Assembly (NCBI RefSeq): GCF_009914755.1
Contig: NC_060940.1
Source of the DNA: the human T2T-CHM13v2.0 reference genome, Homo sapiens
Reading direction: 5' to 3' (one strand)
Length of the DNA: 64,000 bases
The position numbers were made by a program, and so were the translations under genes. The notes below the pieces were generated by a model. That model made no database searches. It worked only from the letters and a program-made list of their open reading frames with translations, and had not been told where the DNA came from. The number at the start of each line of letters is the position of its first letter. Position 1 is the first letter of the stretch. This document shows, one piece after another, positions 1 through 15,260 of the stretch.

Positions 1-1393
1 TTACCAGGCCAGCTTACATGCTACCCACCAGCAGGATGTCAAAGCACTCTTAGGAGCTAGCCTTTTCCCGATCAACCTAGAATAAGCTGCTACCACCTTC
101 AATGTGATTGCCACACACCAAGAAGATCATGGAAAACAGAATAAACACTTCCTTTATTATCTTTCATCCAAGCACCTAATGAATCACTTCCTAGACCTTA
201 AAATGGTCTGCTAGTTAGTAAACCTGTTTCACAAACTTAAACCGAGTCATGCAAATCAAGTATCTTGAAGGCTTTCACAGTTTATACCAGTGACATAGAA
301 CTAAGTAATTAGCCCAAAGATAATAAATTCAACAGTTTCAACTATCATAAATATAATCTGAGTGTCTGCATAAATTATTCAACTTTCCTAGACTTCACCT
401 GTAAAAAGGAGGTTTGGACTATAAAATGCAGTCTTAAGAGGGGCGAGATCACTCCCAGGACAGGTAAATGGGTTTGCGATGGGGAATCGTGTAGCCCTTC
501 GCAGGACCACAGTACAAAAAGAGATACAAAGTATATCTGAGGTATCAGAATTTCACTGGGAAAATTTTCTTGGTCTAAAAAAGTTCCAAGGTGGGCAATA
601 TGACCAAAAAGGTTGGGAGGATGAAAAACACTGGACTAGGGATCCCTCTAGCCCCTTCTAGTTCTAAAATTTTTAAAATTTACATGAGTATTTCATCTCT
701 TTCACATAAATCCAAACAGAATTAATTTTAAATTAACACCTACCCAAGGCAGCCTATTCAACAAAAAATAATTTTCAAAAGAATTGACTAAAAACATAGA
801 AAACGTGCAGCCACTGAACACTGCCTTCATGTTCCGTTTGTGTAACACTTTATAACATGCCTTGGTCAATGTTAATTGCATTTGAACCTGACACCAACCC
901 TTCATTTCCATATGAGGTCGGAAGAGTTAAGGCCCTTTGCCAAGGTCTTGAGACTGGTGACAGGGCTAAGACAAGAGCCTGGTGTGCTCCAGGCCCTGCG
1001 CTCCAGCCACCACCACATCACACTTCCTTTTATAACAGTTCTGAACAAACCAATTCTTACAAAGTTTTCCAGAAATCCAATATGCTGAGAAAGTACAGGA
1101 GCAGAAATAGCTTACGGGCTCCATATTCATTCTTACCGGAATGGAAAGAGTTTGCAATTTTTGTCAAGAGCAACAAGGATCTCAGGAGTCAGACTTTCCC
1201 CCAGTTCCCTCCTGCTGTTCTCTACACTCAAAGAGAGTCCACAGGGAGACAAGTCTGTCCCTTCAGGCAAGGAAAGAAAGCCAATCTCAGTCATACGACA
1301 AAAAGACCACTCCCAGGGCTTTCAAAGGACTTGCTGAAGTTCACACTTTTGTTCTAGCTGAGGAGGTGCTGCAAACAATATAAATTCAACTGA

Positions 1394-1767
<374 letters not shown>

Positions 1768-2870
1768 AGAGATTCCTTTTAAAAAAATATCCTTGCTAAG
1801 GCTCAGAGTCAGCTCCATGTTCACAACAGGGTCCCAGCTGTAAGGATAAAGTCCTGTTTCTAGACATGCAGGCTTTAACCCTAGCTGGAATGTTTTAATT
1901 GCTTTTAAGAAAATATATTCATGGCATTACTTGAGTCATAAAATACTACTAATTCTTTTTAAGGTCTCAAGATAAAAGATCAGGTCAGAACTTTTTAGAT
2001 TTGTTTACAGAGCTGAACACAAAGTATCCATCCAGTTACACAGGACAAGGGATCTCCTTTATTTTATTTATTATTATTATTATTATTATTAGGCCATTTT
2101 CGACAACAGCCCTACAATCAAGCATTCCTGCCTTCCACTCCAGGTCACACTCTATCTAAGGGCTGCCCTAGGGACCTCTGCCCGATCTCCCTGCTTCTAC
2201 TCCGACACCTACCTCCCTACATCCCGTCACAGAACATCTGTTCTCCACATACCAGCCAGTTAGCCTTTATCTAAAACATAAAGCAAATTCCAACACCCAC
2301 TTTATCAAAATCCTCAGGGACTTCCTAACTTACTCAGTATAAAAACCAAGGTCTTTGCCATGGCCTACAAGTTCCTATATGATCTGGCTTGTGTCTACCT
2401 CATGACCACCCTCATTGCCTTCCAGCCCCAGCGGCTTCCTTGTGCTCCTGAAACACACCATGCATATCTCCAGCTCAAGGCCCTTGCACCTGCAGATCCC
2501 TCTGCCTGCAAGGCGCTTATCCCACAAATCTGCAGAGCTTGTTTCCTCAGTTCCTTCAAACCTCTTATCAAATGTTATTAGAGGCCATCTGACCACCTGT
2601 CTAAGACACCAAGCTCCCATCACACTGAATCCCTTATTCTTTTTCTCCTATGAAAACACTTGCATATTCAGTTAACTACCTGGTTCCCCCTCTCAAATGT
2701 AAGCTCCAAGGGGGCAAAAACTTGTCTGTCACATTCTCCAATGCACCTGCAGAGCTAAGAAGACTGCCCAGCACATAGTAAGCCCTCAAATTAGGGGCTG
2801 AGTTAATACCAATGGGATATTTTCAGCCCATTTATAAATCTGCTATGCACCTACAGCACAAGCAACATGA

Positions 2871-3203
<333 letters not shown>

Positions 3204-4052
3204 TAACTGTAACAATAACTAACATCATGATGTGCCAGACCCCGTATTAATAGCTTAACTCTGTTATACTACTTAATGAAAATGAAGCCTTATTTTTTAC
3301 TTCTGTATCCCAAGGCATATAACATACAATATACATGGAAGTGTCCTAAAAACTATAAATTGTTACACAAATCCTAGCTTATTAAATCCACACTGGATCA
3401 GAGAACATGCACTCTGACCACATTCCACACTTTCTAGTTGAGTGGCTCCAAGCACTGTATTGAACCTCTCTGAACTGCAATTTCTAGTCAATAAAGTGAG
3501 AACCATAAAAAGAAAATAACAGGTAACAATCAGTGACCACTTCCTATATGTCAAGCACTTTACATGTATTAACTTTTTTAAAGCTCATGACCCCACGTAT
3601 TAGGTACTATTATTAAGTGCCTTGCCCAAGGTCATGAAATTAGTAGGTACTGGAGCCAAGAAACACCATCCCTATGCCATGCTGCTGCCGTTGGCCTTGT
3701 GACAACGACGCTGAGATGACTCATGTAATAAAGTTTTGTGCCTGTTATAAGTTATTAGCGTTGTCACTACATTCCATGTATTTTGGGCATGCCTCCGTCA
3801 AATACACAGGGCTCTGATTTGCCTTGTCTGTTAGCTTCTGGACTATAAGCTTTCTGAAAGTAGGGACTCCTTTTACATCCGAGTCTCCAAAATCTATACA
3901 GAAGGTGTTTAGTAGAAGTCTGGTGAATGTTACATGATTTCTCTTTTATCTCTTTGACTCTCACATCTTGCCCAGTAATCGCACATAGTAAACACCTAAT
4001 ACTTAGTGAATAAATTACGGGGAAAGAACTGAATGTACATGGGCAAGGATCA

Positions 4053-4439
<387 letters not shown>

Positions 4440-4651
4440 TTAGAGAGTCAAAGGAATTCCGAGTTCCAAGTGACAAGCAGAGGCCCCTGGCTTGAATCTG
4501 GGGTCGGTTATTACTGCTAACCCGAACCAAACCCCTTCCCTCAGGAGACGTCTCTTTTCTAAGCTCCCTATGTCCAGGGACCCCGACCTCGCCTGACTCC
4601 AAGTGCCTGATGACAAGAAAACGTCAACTTCTCAGAAAAGCTCTTCCTCTA

Positions 4652-4948
<297 letters not shown>

Positions 4949-5132
4949 TTAGGGGAGGAGGGCTGGAAGCTGGAGACAAGCGCAGCGGAGCTGGCCTCAC
5001 GCGCCCGGGCAAGAAGTGCAGGGACACTACCTGCGCGGCCCCAGCCGCCTCAGGCCGGACGCGAAACAGCCCGGGACGAACCCGTCCAGGTACCGCCTGC
5101 TCCTCCTGCGGCGGCGCAGACCCGTCCGCTCT

Positions 5133-5214
5133 TTTTGCGGCTGCGCGGTGGAGCCTCGGCGCCTTCTGTGGCTGCGCGGTGGAGCCTCGGCGCCTTTTGC
5201 GGCTGCGCAGTGGA
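5133..5214 (+). repeat. 31-bp GC-rich tandem repeat, about 2.6 copies
   Basis: Units ttttgcggctgcgcggtggagcctcggcgcc (5133-5163), ttctgtggctgcgcggtggagcctcggcgcc (5164-5194), partial 5195-5214. Confidence 0.93.
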
Positions 5215-7759
5215 ACCCCTGCTGGGCCGCGGGTGCGGTTGTTTCCCACTGCAGTAATTTACTCCTGCGGGTTGAACTCTACTGACGAGCCTACATGCTC
5301 AGCCCAGAGGCTTCCCCTTCTAGCACCACATCCAAGCTGCACCCTGCAAACTTGACACAATGCTACCCCACTCCAGAAGGTCATTAATTCAAGAAATATT
5401 CCTTGAGTGTCGGCTCTGTCCCTTGCTTTAGCCGTTGTATGGAGGAAAACCATACCAATCCTTAGACTCACGTTCGGTCTAGGGCTCCTGGTAAGGCTCC
5501 CTATATATTTTTAAGTGCAAACCAGCAAAATTGAAAAGTGACCAACAGAATTTCCTTGAGGGCCTATTGTGTGTCAGACACTGTGCTAGATAATAAATAG
5601 TAGTAAACAAAAGACAAACCTCTGCTTTCCTGGAACTGACATACTAGTCAGGGGAGACAAGCACTAAACAAGAAATGCATGTCATTTGGTAGTGAGCACT
5701 AGAGAAAATTAAGGGAAGGAAGAGGGGAGAGAGGATTGGAGGGAATGCAGTGTTAAGTAGGGTGGTAGGAAAGAGACCTCTCTGAGAAAGTGACCTTCAG
5801 CCTAGGACTATTAGGAAGTGAGGAAGCCAGCCTCGAGGGAGGCTGTTCCTGCAGAGGAACTTCAGGTGAGACCCCCGGGGCTCACTCTGCTGCCTTCTGG
5901 AAATGGACAATCTGGGGTGGATGATGAGATGAGCAAGGACCACTAGTGCAGACTTGGAGTAGCCAGCAAGGAAGTACAATCAGGAGAGTATAGTGTCCTG
6001 GAAGCTCGAAGAGAGGGTGGCCAGAAGGAGGAAAACAACTGTGTCAGATGCTGCGGGCCAGTTTTGAAAGATGAGTTCTGGGCCAGGGGCGGTGGTTCAC
6101 CCCTGTAATCCCAGCACTTTGGGAGGCCGAGGCGAGCGGATCACTTGAGGTCAAGAGTTCGAGACCAGCCCGGCCAACATGATGCAACCCTGTCTCTACT
6201 AAAAATACAAAAATTTACTGGGTGTGGTGGTGGGCACCTGTAGTCCCAGCTACTCGGGAGGCTGAGGCAGGAGAATCGCTTGAACCAGGAGGCGGAGGTT
6301 GCAGTGAGCTGAGATCTTGCCACTGCACTCGAGCCTGGGTGACAGAGCGAGACTCCATCTCAAAGAAAAAAAAGAAAGATGAGTTCTGGAATATTCTTGA
6401 TACTTGCATTTTGTAATTACAGTTATACAAATGAGCATTTTTTTCAACCCTGTTGGTGTGTCTGTGACTATTTGTAACCTCTTTTGGAGATAATATCAAA
6501 ATACTAAATAATGTTAAAAGACTAAGTTTGAAAGTTGTTACTTTTTAAAAGTTGATTTTTATTTTATTTTATTTAGAGACGAGGTCTCATGCTGTCACCC
6601 AAGCTGGAGTGCAGTGGTGCCATCACAGCTCACTGTAATCTCGAACTCTTGCCTCAAGTGATCCTCCAGCCTCGGCCTCCCAAAGTGCTAGGATTATAGG
6701 TGTAAGCCACTACTCCCAGCCTAAATTTAAAGATCTCGATGGAATGTAAGACCTGAGTCAGTGGCCCTCCAGGCCCCCTCTGATGGACCATGCTTCTAAG
6801 ACCCAGCCTCTTTCTATCCTGTCTCCACCCCCACCCTTCTGTCACCTGTCTACACCCAAGTCCTATAGCAGCTCCCTGACCAGCGGTGCCATGGAAATTA
6901 CCCTGGGTCATTGGAACTTACTTCGTTTTGTGATGTCCCTTCTCTTTAGTCCCCAGATTCTACCTACACAAAGTCATCATCTCACTGAATTCACTCAGCT
7001 GTGTTACTAGCTGATCACAGCTTGATCAGCTACCTCTCCCAGGAATAGCTTGAAAGGAATGACTCTAATAGACATCATTTCAGATCCTTTATTTTTTCCT
7101 GGAAAACATTTATTGAGGGTATCCATGTTCTAGACGGTGTTGAAGGACCTAGGGATACAGCAGTGAACAAGAAAGATATAATTCATACACTTATGGAGTT
7201 TACATCCTCTAGGGGATAGGAAGCAATAGACACTAAACATGAAAACAAGTAAGATCATTTCATTTGGCGAGAAGGCTGATGTTCTAGGGCTCAAGAAGTT
7301 CTCTTAGAGGAAGTAACATTTGAACCAAGAGCTTTGTGACAAGAAAGTGGCAGCCATTCAAAGATGTGAGGGATGGACAGTCTAGACAGAGGGAACAGCA
7401 AGGACACAGGACAAGTTTGGACATGCTTGAAGACCAGAAAGAAAATAATGTGGCTGGAGCCTAACGTGTGAGAAGGGGCCAGGTCACCTAGTGCTTTTGA
7501 GCCACGCCAAGGAGCTTGGGTTTTACTCCAGCAGGCAGTCAAGTCCATGGACTGGCATGGACTGGATTTCTATGTAAGGCTGGTCTTGGCCTTCATCCAC
7601 CCGGCCACGCCTTACTTACTGTATGGACTGCCTAGGTGGCCTCTAACTTTGCGGTTTCTCTTCCTAATAGGACATTACAGTCATCAGCATCAACATCATT
7701 AACATTTACTGAGCATTTTTTAGGTGCCATTCTAAGAACTTTATATGCATCATCTCACT

Positions 7760-7942
7760 TAATCATACAATAATTCTACAATCCTACATAGGATTATTGT
7801 ATGATTATAATATATAATGTATAATAATGTATGATTATACAATAATCCTACAATCCTATGCAGGATTGTAAAATGGGATAACCAAACAATAATCCTACAA
7901 TCCTATGATTGTAGGGTTATTGTATGGTTATCCCATTTTACA
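7760..7942. repeat. AT-rich nested inverted/direct repeat including a 36-bp-arm hairpin (7867-7942), inside a MIR-like element
   Basis: Arms 7867-7902 and 7907-7942 are reverse complements with 2 mismatches around a ctat loop; the motif acaataat(t/c)ctacaatccta recurs three times. Confidence 0.85.
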
Positions 7943-10900
7943 CCTGACAAAACTTTACCATTGTTATCTCCTCTGTAACTCTTCATTGGCTCCCTATTTT
8001 CGATCAAAAAAAGTCCAAGCATTTCAGCAGATTATACAAAGATTTCCAAATTCTGACCACTGTTGACCTCTGCAGCCTCATCTTTTGCTGCTTCTTTCTT
8101 CAGACTTGATCCTTCTCAGATACCATGTCTAGCCTCTCTGCTCAAATTGTGCCCTCTGCCCAGAATGTCCTTCCCCTCCCTTCATAACTTCCCCCCATCT
8201 TTGAAGACTCAGGTTGGACATCACCACTCCAGCAAATCATGTTTGACAGCCTCCTTCATTGCTATTTCCACCCTTAGGAGGCAGCCACACTTCCCCTATG
8301 CTTGCGTCAGATCCTGTATCATAATGAGGGTACTTGAGTTTAGGGTATCCCTAGAAAGATAGGGAATCCCCCATCCTCCCTGCCAAGCACCCATCAGGGC
8401 AAGGGACTTACAGGCTTTCCTCCGAGGAGAAAGGCCCAGGGCTAACCATCTTCTGCCAAAAGTCCAAGAGTCTTCTCTGCCTCCCATGACTCACCAGGAA
8501 TCATTGGTTCTTCAGAGGAGACACGTGTCATCCTCACATCAGTGACAGCTGGGACTCCCGAGGATCTAGGCCTTGAAGGTGGGAGAGGAGTTGAGAGCCG
8601 GCAGGCTCTAGGGAGACAGCACTACATAGCGGGTAAGCCCTTGACCCTCAACCACATCAGACCTGGATTCAGATGCCTTCTCCATCAGCCACTAGCTGAG
8701 ACTTAGGCCCATAATTTAATCCCAGTTCTCATATTTATTGAGCATCTTCTCTGTGCCAGGCACTTGACACATACTCTTTTTTTTTTTTTTTTGAGACAAG
8801 GTCTCACTCTGTCACCCAGGCTGGAACACAGTGGTGCGATTATAGCTCCCTGTAACCTCAAACTCCTGGCTCAAGTGATCCTCCTGCTGCAGCCTCCCAA
8901 AGTGCTGCAATTACAGGCATGAGCCACAATGCCCAGCCACATAGTAACTCATTTAATCACCACCCCCCTTGGAGGGAGACACTGTCATCATCCCCATTTT
9001 ACTAGAGAGGAAACCAAGTCATGAGAGACTCCATAATGTAAGTCTGAGGTCACACAGCTGATAAGCAGCAGAACCAGGATGGATGACCAGGTGGTCGGGC
9101 CGCAGAGCCTGAGCTCCTCACCACTGCACTCTCCTGCCTCCTGCAGTGAATCTCCCTGAGCACCAGTGTCCTCATCTAGAAAAGAGAAATATTAGCAGTC
9201 CTCACTCTTAAAGCAAAGCCCAGCCTTCAATAAGGGCTCCCAGAAGTGGTTATTATTATTACCTCTAGGTGAAAGCACTGCCTTTGACTAGTTAGGGTCA
9301 CTGTTCTAACAAATTTGGTTTTTTTTCTTTTGCTAGTAGGTAGCATTGTTCCCAGTTTCCTTTTGGCCCTGGAATTGGAAAACCAACCTAGTAGCCAAGT
9401 TTTAGTGGGACTTGGTCAGGACCAAAATTTAAGATCCTAATTTCCAAGGGTGGGGGAGCCCGATGGGAGGATACCTTAGGCCACACCTGCCACTTGCCAT
9501 TCCATCTGCTTGTCCTCACATTGAGTTTGCAAAGTACCCCCACTAGAAGGTGTGCAGGTGTACAAAACAGAGATTCGGGCACCTCAAGACTGGATTAAAG
9601 GCCTGGAGGGAGGCAGCGTGGAGGGCTCCCCAGCACAGGAGACTCCAGCAGCCTCAGGGCCCACCCTGAGGAGCAGATTTGGGCAGGGAGGCCACCTGGA
9701 GAAGGACTTCTGCCTTTTTCTTTATGCACTGTATATGGTTTTTGTTTGTTTGTTTGTTTGTTTGTTTGTTTGTTTCCTGAGATGGAGTATCATTCTGTCG
9801 CCCAGGCTGGAGTGCAGTGCAGTGGCACGATCTTGGCTCACTGCAACCTCCACCCCCGGGTTCAAGCGATTCTCCTGCCTCAGCCTCCCGAGTATCTGGG
9901 ATTACAGGTGACTGCCACCATGCCCGGCTAATTTTTGTATTTTTAGTAGAGACAGGGTTTCACCATCTTGGCCAGGTTGGTCTTGAACTCCTGACCTCGT
10001 GATCCACTTTCCTCGGCCTCCCAAAGTGCTGAGATTACAGACATGAGCCACCGAGCCCAGCCTATGCACTGTACATGTTTATGCTATTTTTACAGCACGC
10101 TTGTTTTACTTTTGTAATTTAAAAAAAAACAAAACCTTTAAAATAAAGTAGTGTAAGGGCAGGGTTTTCTGTGGATTTCAGGAATCCAAATGCAGGGCCT
10201 CTCCCCACCCCTCTTGATCCAGAACCTGCCTATAAAGGACCCCAGTCTTCAGTTTCCCCAAACTCTTTAAGGCAACTGGCAATTAGGACCGCTCCTCAAT
10301 TCGCGGAGGGACAGGGGCTGGGAGACCCCCAGGGCAGAGCAGGCGGAACGGGGCTGGACTCCGTGAGAACTTTCCACCCAGCTTCCCTTAGGGAGCAGTC
10401 CTCCCAGGGTTCCCATCCTTCAGTCTTTCATCACTTGACTTCCTTTCTGGAATTCCTGGTAACTCTGTGATGTGTCTGCTGTGGGCCGTGGGGGTGAGGC
10501 TCTCCATGTTGGTCTCTTCTGTCAGCTCATTTCACACTTGCAAGAAATGAAATTAAGAATCATACGTTCAAAGTCACTTTGCAATGTGTCATATGAAAAA
10601 CAGAAACAGCACCTTCCGGTCAGTAGACAGGAGGAAAAGCTACGACTGCTACTAATAGCTAACATATGTTGAGCACTTCCTACGTGCCAGACTGCTAAAT
10701 TCTTTACGTATATGATCATCTCAATCTTCCCAATAATCATGTGAAGGAGGTAATATTATTATCCCCAATTTATGGATCAGAAACGAATTCAAGCCCAAAT
10801 TCCATCCCCCACACACACATATCCCATGGAAGTGGTAGGAAAAGCCACTGAAATCAGTGTTAGTTACCTCCCACCCCCACCCTCAGAGACCCATCAGAAC

Positions 10901-11379
10901 CCTGGATATCTAGTGGTGCCAGAAAAGGGGCAGAGGGTCTCAGACCTCCAGTTTCATGTTTGCCACAAGCAACCTTGAGATATCCAACCACACGACACCC
11001 TTGGCCAAGCTCCCAGTGGCCTCTTGTTATGGGGGATTTTCTGACATTTTCATGGGCTCGAAAATCCCTGGAGAGGCCACACATCCCAGTGTCCAGGATC
11101 CCCTATCACTCAAAGCATCGTGCAGCCCTCCTCTCAGGCCCTTGCTCCACCCCCAGGTGAAGCCAGGGTCCACGGTGTTTCCTAGATTCATGTAGATCAA
11201 GCCTGTAAATAATCTTGGAAAGAGTTGCTGAAAATGAGACTAAGTGAGAAGCACTTACATTAAAATGGAATCACTGCACATCTAGAATGTGTCCTGTACA
11301 GGCCAGGCTCAGTGGCTCACACCTGTAATCCCAGCACTTTGGGAGGCCGAGGCAGGTGGATCACGAGGTCAGGAGTTCA

Positions 11380-11682
<303 letters not shown>

Positions 11683-12063
11683 TCACCTCTCCAGATCCGT
11701 CCTCTCTCTCCTCTGTCCTGGTCTATGCTGAGAAGGCCAACCTTGGCAGATTTCATGGCCCGTGTAGTCAGATGATGGGAGGGGAGAAAGGTCAGAAAAT
11801 TGATTCCTTTCCCGCTGCTGGGTATAATTTTGGCAGTGGTTATATTCCTCTACCTACCACCACTGCTTCTGTTGGGCAATTCCTCAACCTCTACTCCAAC
11901 TTTCCCTGGGCCCTGTAATGCCACCTGTCTCTCTCCTTCCTTCAGGGCTAGGGACAACGACAGTTTCCACTGTGCTTGTCTCTAGGTGCCCCATCATCTC
12001 TCCTGGATGTCCCTAATCCTGCCCACACCTCTGTAAATCGTCCCTTCATTAAACTCTGGTTCT

Positions 12064-12618
12064 GTTGAAAGGTAGCAGGCTCTTCCACACCAAATATACC
12101 ATTTGACATGAGGATTATTTTAAGCTGAAAGCAGTTGAGAAGAAGCAGATATAAGAAAAGCTTGCTGTTTGCCTCTATTTGCCTAAAGCAGGACATAGGT
12201 GTCCTCCTCCCCTTTCTACTGGGAAGGACAAAGGTTGATCAATGAAGATGTCTTCAGGGCCTTTTAGACCAGAGGAATCTTCCTAACAAATTTTACTAAC
12301 CAGCCTTTACCTACCATTAGTTTCTTGTATATTTGCCTTCCTACAATTTGCGATCCCTTAGAGACTCAAGGTCCTTTTTGTCCTGTCACTTCTCTAAAAA
12401 TTTATTGTCTTTTGTCAGAGATACTATATAAGCTGGAATTCTAAATCATCTCTTTGAGAATTACTCATTCCCTGGCTGTCTCCCATGCACATATAATATA
12501 TACATGTTAATACAATCTTGTTTTTCTCTTGCTAATCTGTCTCTTGTGGCAAATGTTAGCAGGGGTCCCAGCTAAGAACTCAGAAGGGTAAAGGGAAAAT
12601 TGTTTCTCCTCCCCTGTA
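12064..12618 (+). mobile_element. ERV1-class solo LTR (MER31/MER34/MER67-like)
   Basis: Resembles recalled LTR consensus motifs (ggattattttaagctgaa...gcagatata; cagctaagaactcagaagggtaaagggaaa). Confidence 0.55.
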
Positions 12619-13224
12619 AACTGTAAACACTTTGTACCCCCTCTTTCCTGCTGGAAACTGACTTGATACACAGACTATGCTTTTGACTTGGCCTTTGTAA
12701 AGGAGGTTCTTTTTGGAGTTTAGCATCAGTGTTTCCTGTGAGGGTCGTGTGGCTACAGCTCACCTCCACCTTTCCCCCAGAATGGCAGCATGGTCCAGCA
12801 TCCTCTCATGCTCTCTCCTGGTCCAAATCTCTGCCCAATCACAGTCACCTCTCAGCAGTCTCTCTGTTCCCACTTTGCCTTCACAAAGCAGCCAAATATC
12901 TTTATTTTAAAAGGAGAGAGAATAACTTATTTTGCAAGATGTTACCATTAGAGGAAAATAGGTAAAGAGACTTAAGGTCTCTCTATATTATTTCTTATAA
13001 TTGCTTGTGAATCTATAATTATCTCAAAATGAGAAGTTCAATTTTTAAAAGTTCAAAGGTAAGAACAGAGGAAGATCAGGGAGCAGCGTGAAAGGCACTA
13101 TGAAGAAAACACAGAAAGAAAACATGACTATGAAATCACCATGCTGGGAAAGGGAGAAGAATTGTTGTCACAATTCAAGGTACTTAGGTAGCTAGCACTC
13201 AGCTTTATCAGTATCCAAAACTGG

Positions 13225-13545
13225 CACTTCAGAATTTTGATATCGGGGGGAGATGGGGATGGTGAATGGGTACCAAAAAAATAGAAAGAATGAATAAGGC
13301 CTACTATTTAATAGCACAGCAGGGAAACTATAGTCAATAATAACTTAATTGCACATTTTGAAATAACTTAGAGTGTAACTGGATTGTTTGTAATTCAAAG
13401 GAGAAATGCTTGAGGGGATGAATACCCCATTCTCCAGGATGTGCTTATTTCACATTGCATGCCAGTATCTCAACATCTCATGTACCCCATAAATATATAC
13501 ATCTACTATACACTCACAAAATTTTTAAAAATTAAAAAATAAAAT
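13225..13545 (+). mobile_element. L1MA-like LINE-1 3' end
   Basis: L1 3' UTR motifs (ggatggtgaatgggtac, catctcatgtaccccataaatatatac) and A-rich tail. Confidence 0.75.
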
Positions 13546-13736
13546 AGAGAAAAAGTAAAAATATCATTTTAACTACAAAAAAAAGTCACTATCAAGATGC
13601 TTCCTCAACATGAACTTTCAGGAATTGCAGTCACAGAAATACAACAAAGATGGTAGAGTTGAGAGACTGGGGACTGGAGAATGAAGTGCACACTCACCAA
13701 GATCCTGGCCTGCCCTGCACTGGTTTCAAAAAGATC

Positions 13737-13965
13737 TAGAGCTGTGCTCTCCAATATGGTAGCCTGAGTCATATGGCCATTGAGAACTTGAAATGTGGCC
13801 AGTTCACTGAAATAAGCTGTAAGTGTAAAATACAAGACAAGTCTGCAAGAATTCACATAAAATAAGAATTTCAAATATCTGACTAATATTTTTATATTGA
13901 TCATATTTTGAAATCATAGTATTTTGCATATATTGTGCTAAATAAGGAATATTATTAAGGTTTTT
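13737..13965. mobile_element. MER3/MER33-like hAT-Charlie DNA transposon fragment
   Basis: Terminal motif ctgtgctctccaatatggtagcc...acttgaaatgtggcc. Confidence 0.6.
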
Positions 13966-14419
13966 ATAAATGAGAAAAGTCCTGGTGTGAAAACATTTTC
14001 AGCACTTACTGGAGAAACCAAAGAAACTCTCACAGGTATTTTGTTCCCTTTTGGATCACTTCCAGCAAAATACAAATATGCTATTTCCCCTATCGGGGAA
14101 AAAAAAAAAGCTTTCTCCACCAGGCGTGGTGGCCCATGCCTGTAATCCCAGCACTTTGGGAGGCTGAGGCAGGTGGATTGCTTGAGCTCAGGAGTTCATG
14201 ACCAGCCTGGGTAACATGGCAAGATTCTGTCTCTACCAAAAATACAAAAATTAGCTGGGCGTGGTGGCACATACCTGTGGTCTCAGCTACTAAGGAGGCT
14301 GAGGCAGGAGGATTGCTCCAGCTTGGGAGGCATAGGTTTCAGTGAGCTGAGATTGCACCACTGCACTCCAGCCTGGGTGACAGAGTGAGACCCCTTTCTC
14401 AAAAAAAAAAAAAGCTTTC

Positions 14420-15260
14420 TCTATGAATAAATAACTCTAAATAGTATATGTATACTTCCTCCACTCCGGAGGTGGAGCTTAACTCGCCTCCCATTGATAG
14501 ATGGGCTGGACTTCACGACTTGATTCCAAAAAGTAGATTATGGAAAGGGAAAAATAGTGACTTCATAGGAGGGAACCTGGCAGACACCATTTTAACCAAG
14601 TGACCAAGGTTAACATCACCAGCGATAGAATTTGGTATCAAATACTCCCTGATATGTTGGGATGAGAAGGGCACGTCATCTCTGTGGTTTTCTTCCCCAA
14701 ATCTATAAACTCTAATCATAAGAAAACATTAGATAAACCCAAATCAAGGGACATTCTACAAAACACCTGACCAGTTTGCCCCAAATCTGCCACGTTTGTG
14801 AAAAATGAGGAAATTCTGAGAAACTGTCACTGATTGGAAGAGATTAAGGAGACATGATTACTAAATACAATCCTGGGTGCACTCCTGGGATGGATCCTGG
14901 AGCAGAAAAAGGACATTAGTTAGAAAATTGGTGAAATCTGATTAGAGCTGATAGTTTGGTTTGTGATACTGTAGCAATGTTAATTTCTCAGTTTTGACAA
15001 ACGTACATGGTTATGCAAGATGGTAACTCCGGGAAGTTGGGTGAAGGGTCTGCAGGATCTCTTGCCTAAGGCTGGAGATTGGGGTAGTAATAGAAGAATC
15101 AATTGTAAAGAGAACTTTTTGGGGTGATAAGAATGTTCTATCTGTATTTTGATTGTGGTGGTGGTTATATAGCTGGATATATTTGTCAAAACTCACCAAA
15201 CTGTACATTTAAAGTAACTGTATTTTATTTGTAAATTATGCCTCAAGAGAAGTGATTTAA
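14420..15260 (+). mobile_element. Old L1MC/L1MD-like LINE-1 3' fragment
   Basis: Motifs ggatcctggagcagaaaaaggacatt and ttgtcaaaactcaccaaactgtaca. Confidence 0.6.

Noticed and set aside
857-1357. 166-aa ATG ORF antisense to BBS2 intron 1
   Set aside because: No recognisable homology, promoter or exon structure; cannot be supported without Ribo-seq or conservation data.
9388-9620. Possible additional minus-strand pseudo-exon near 9.5 kb
   Set aside because: Several competing acceptors, donors and frames; no boundary could be fixed.
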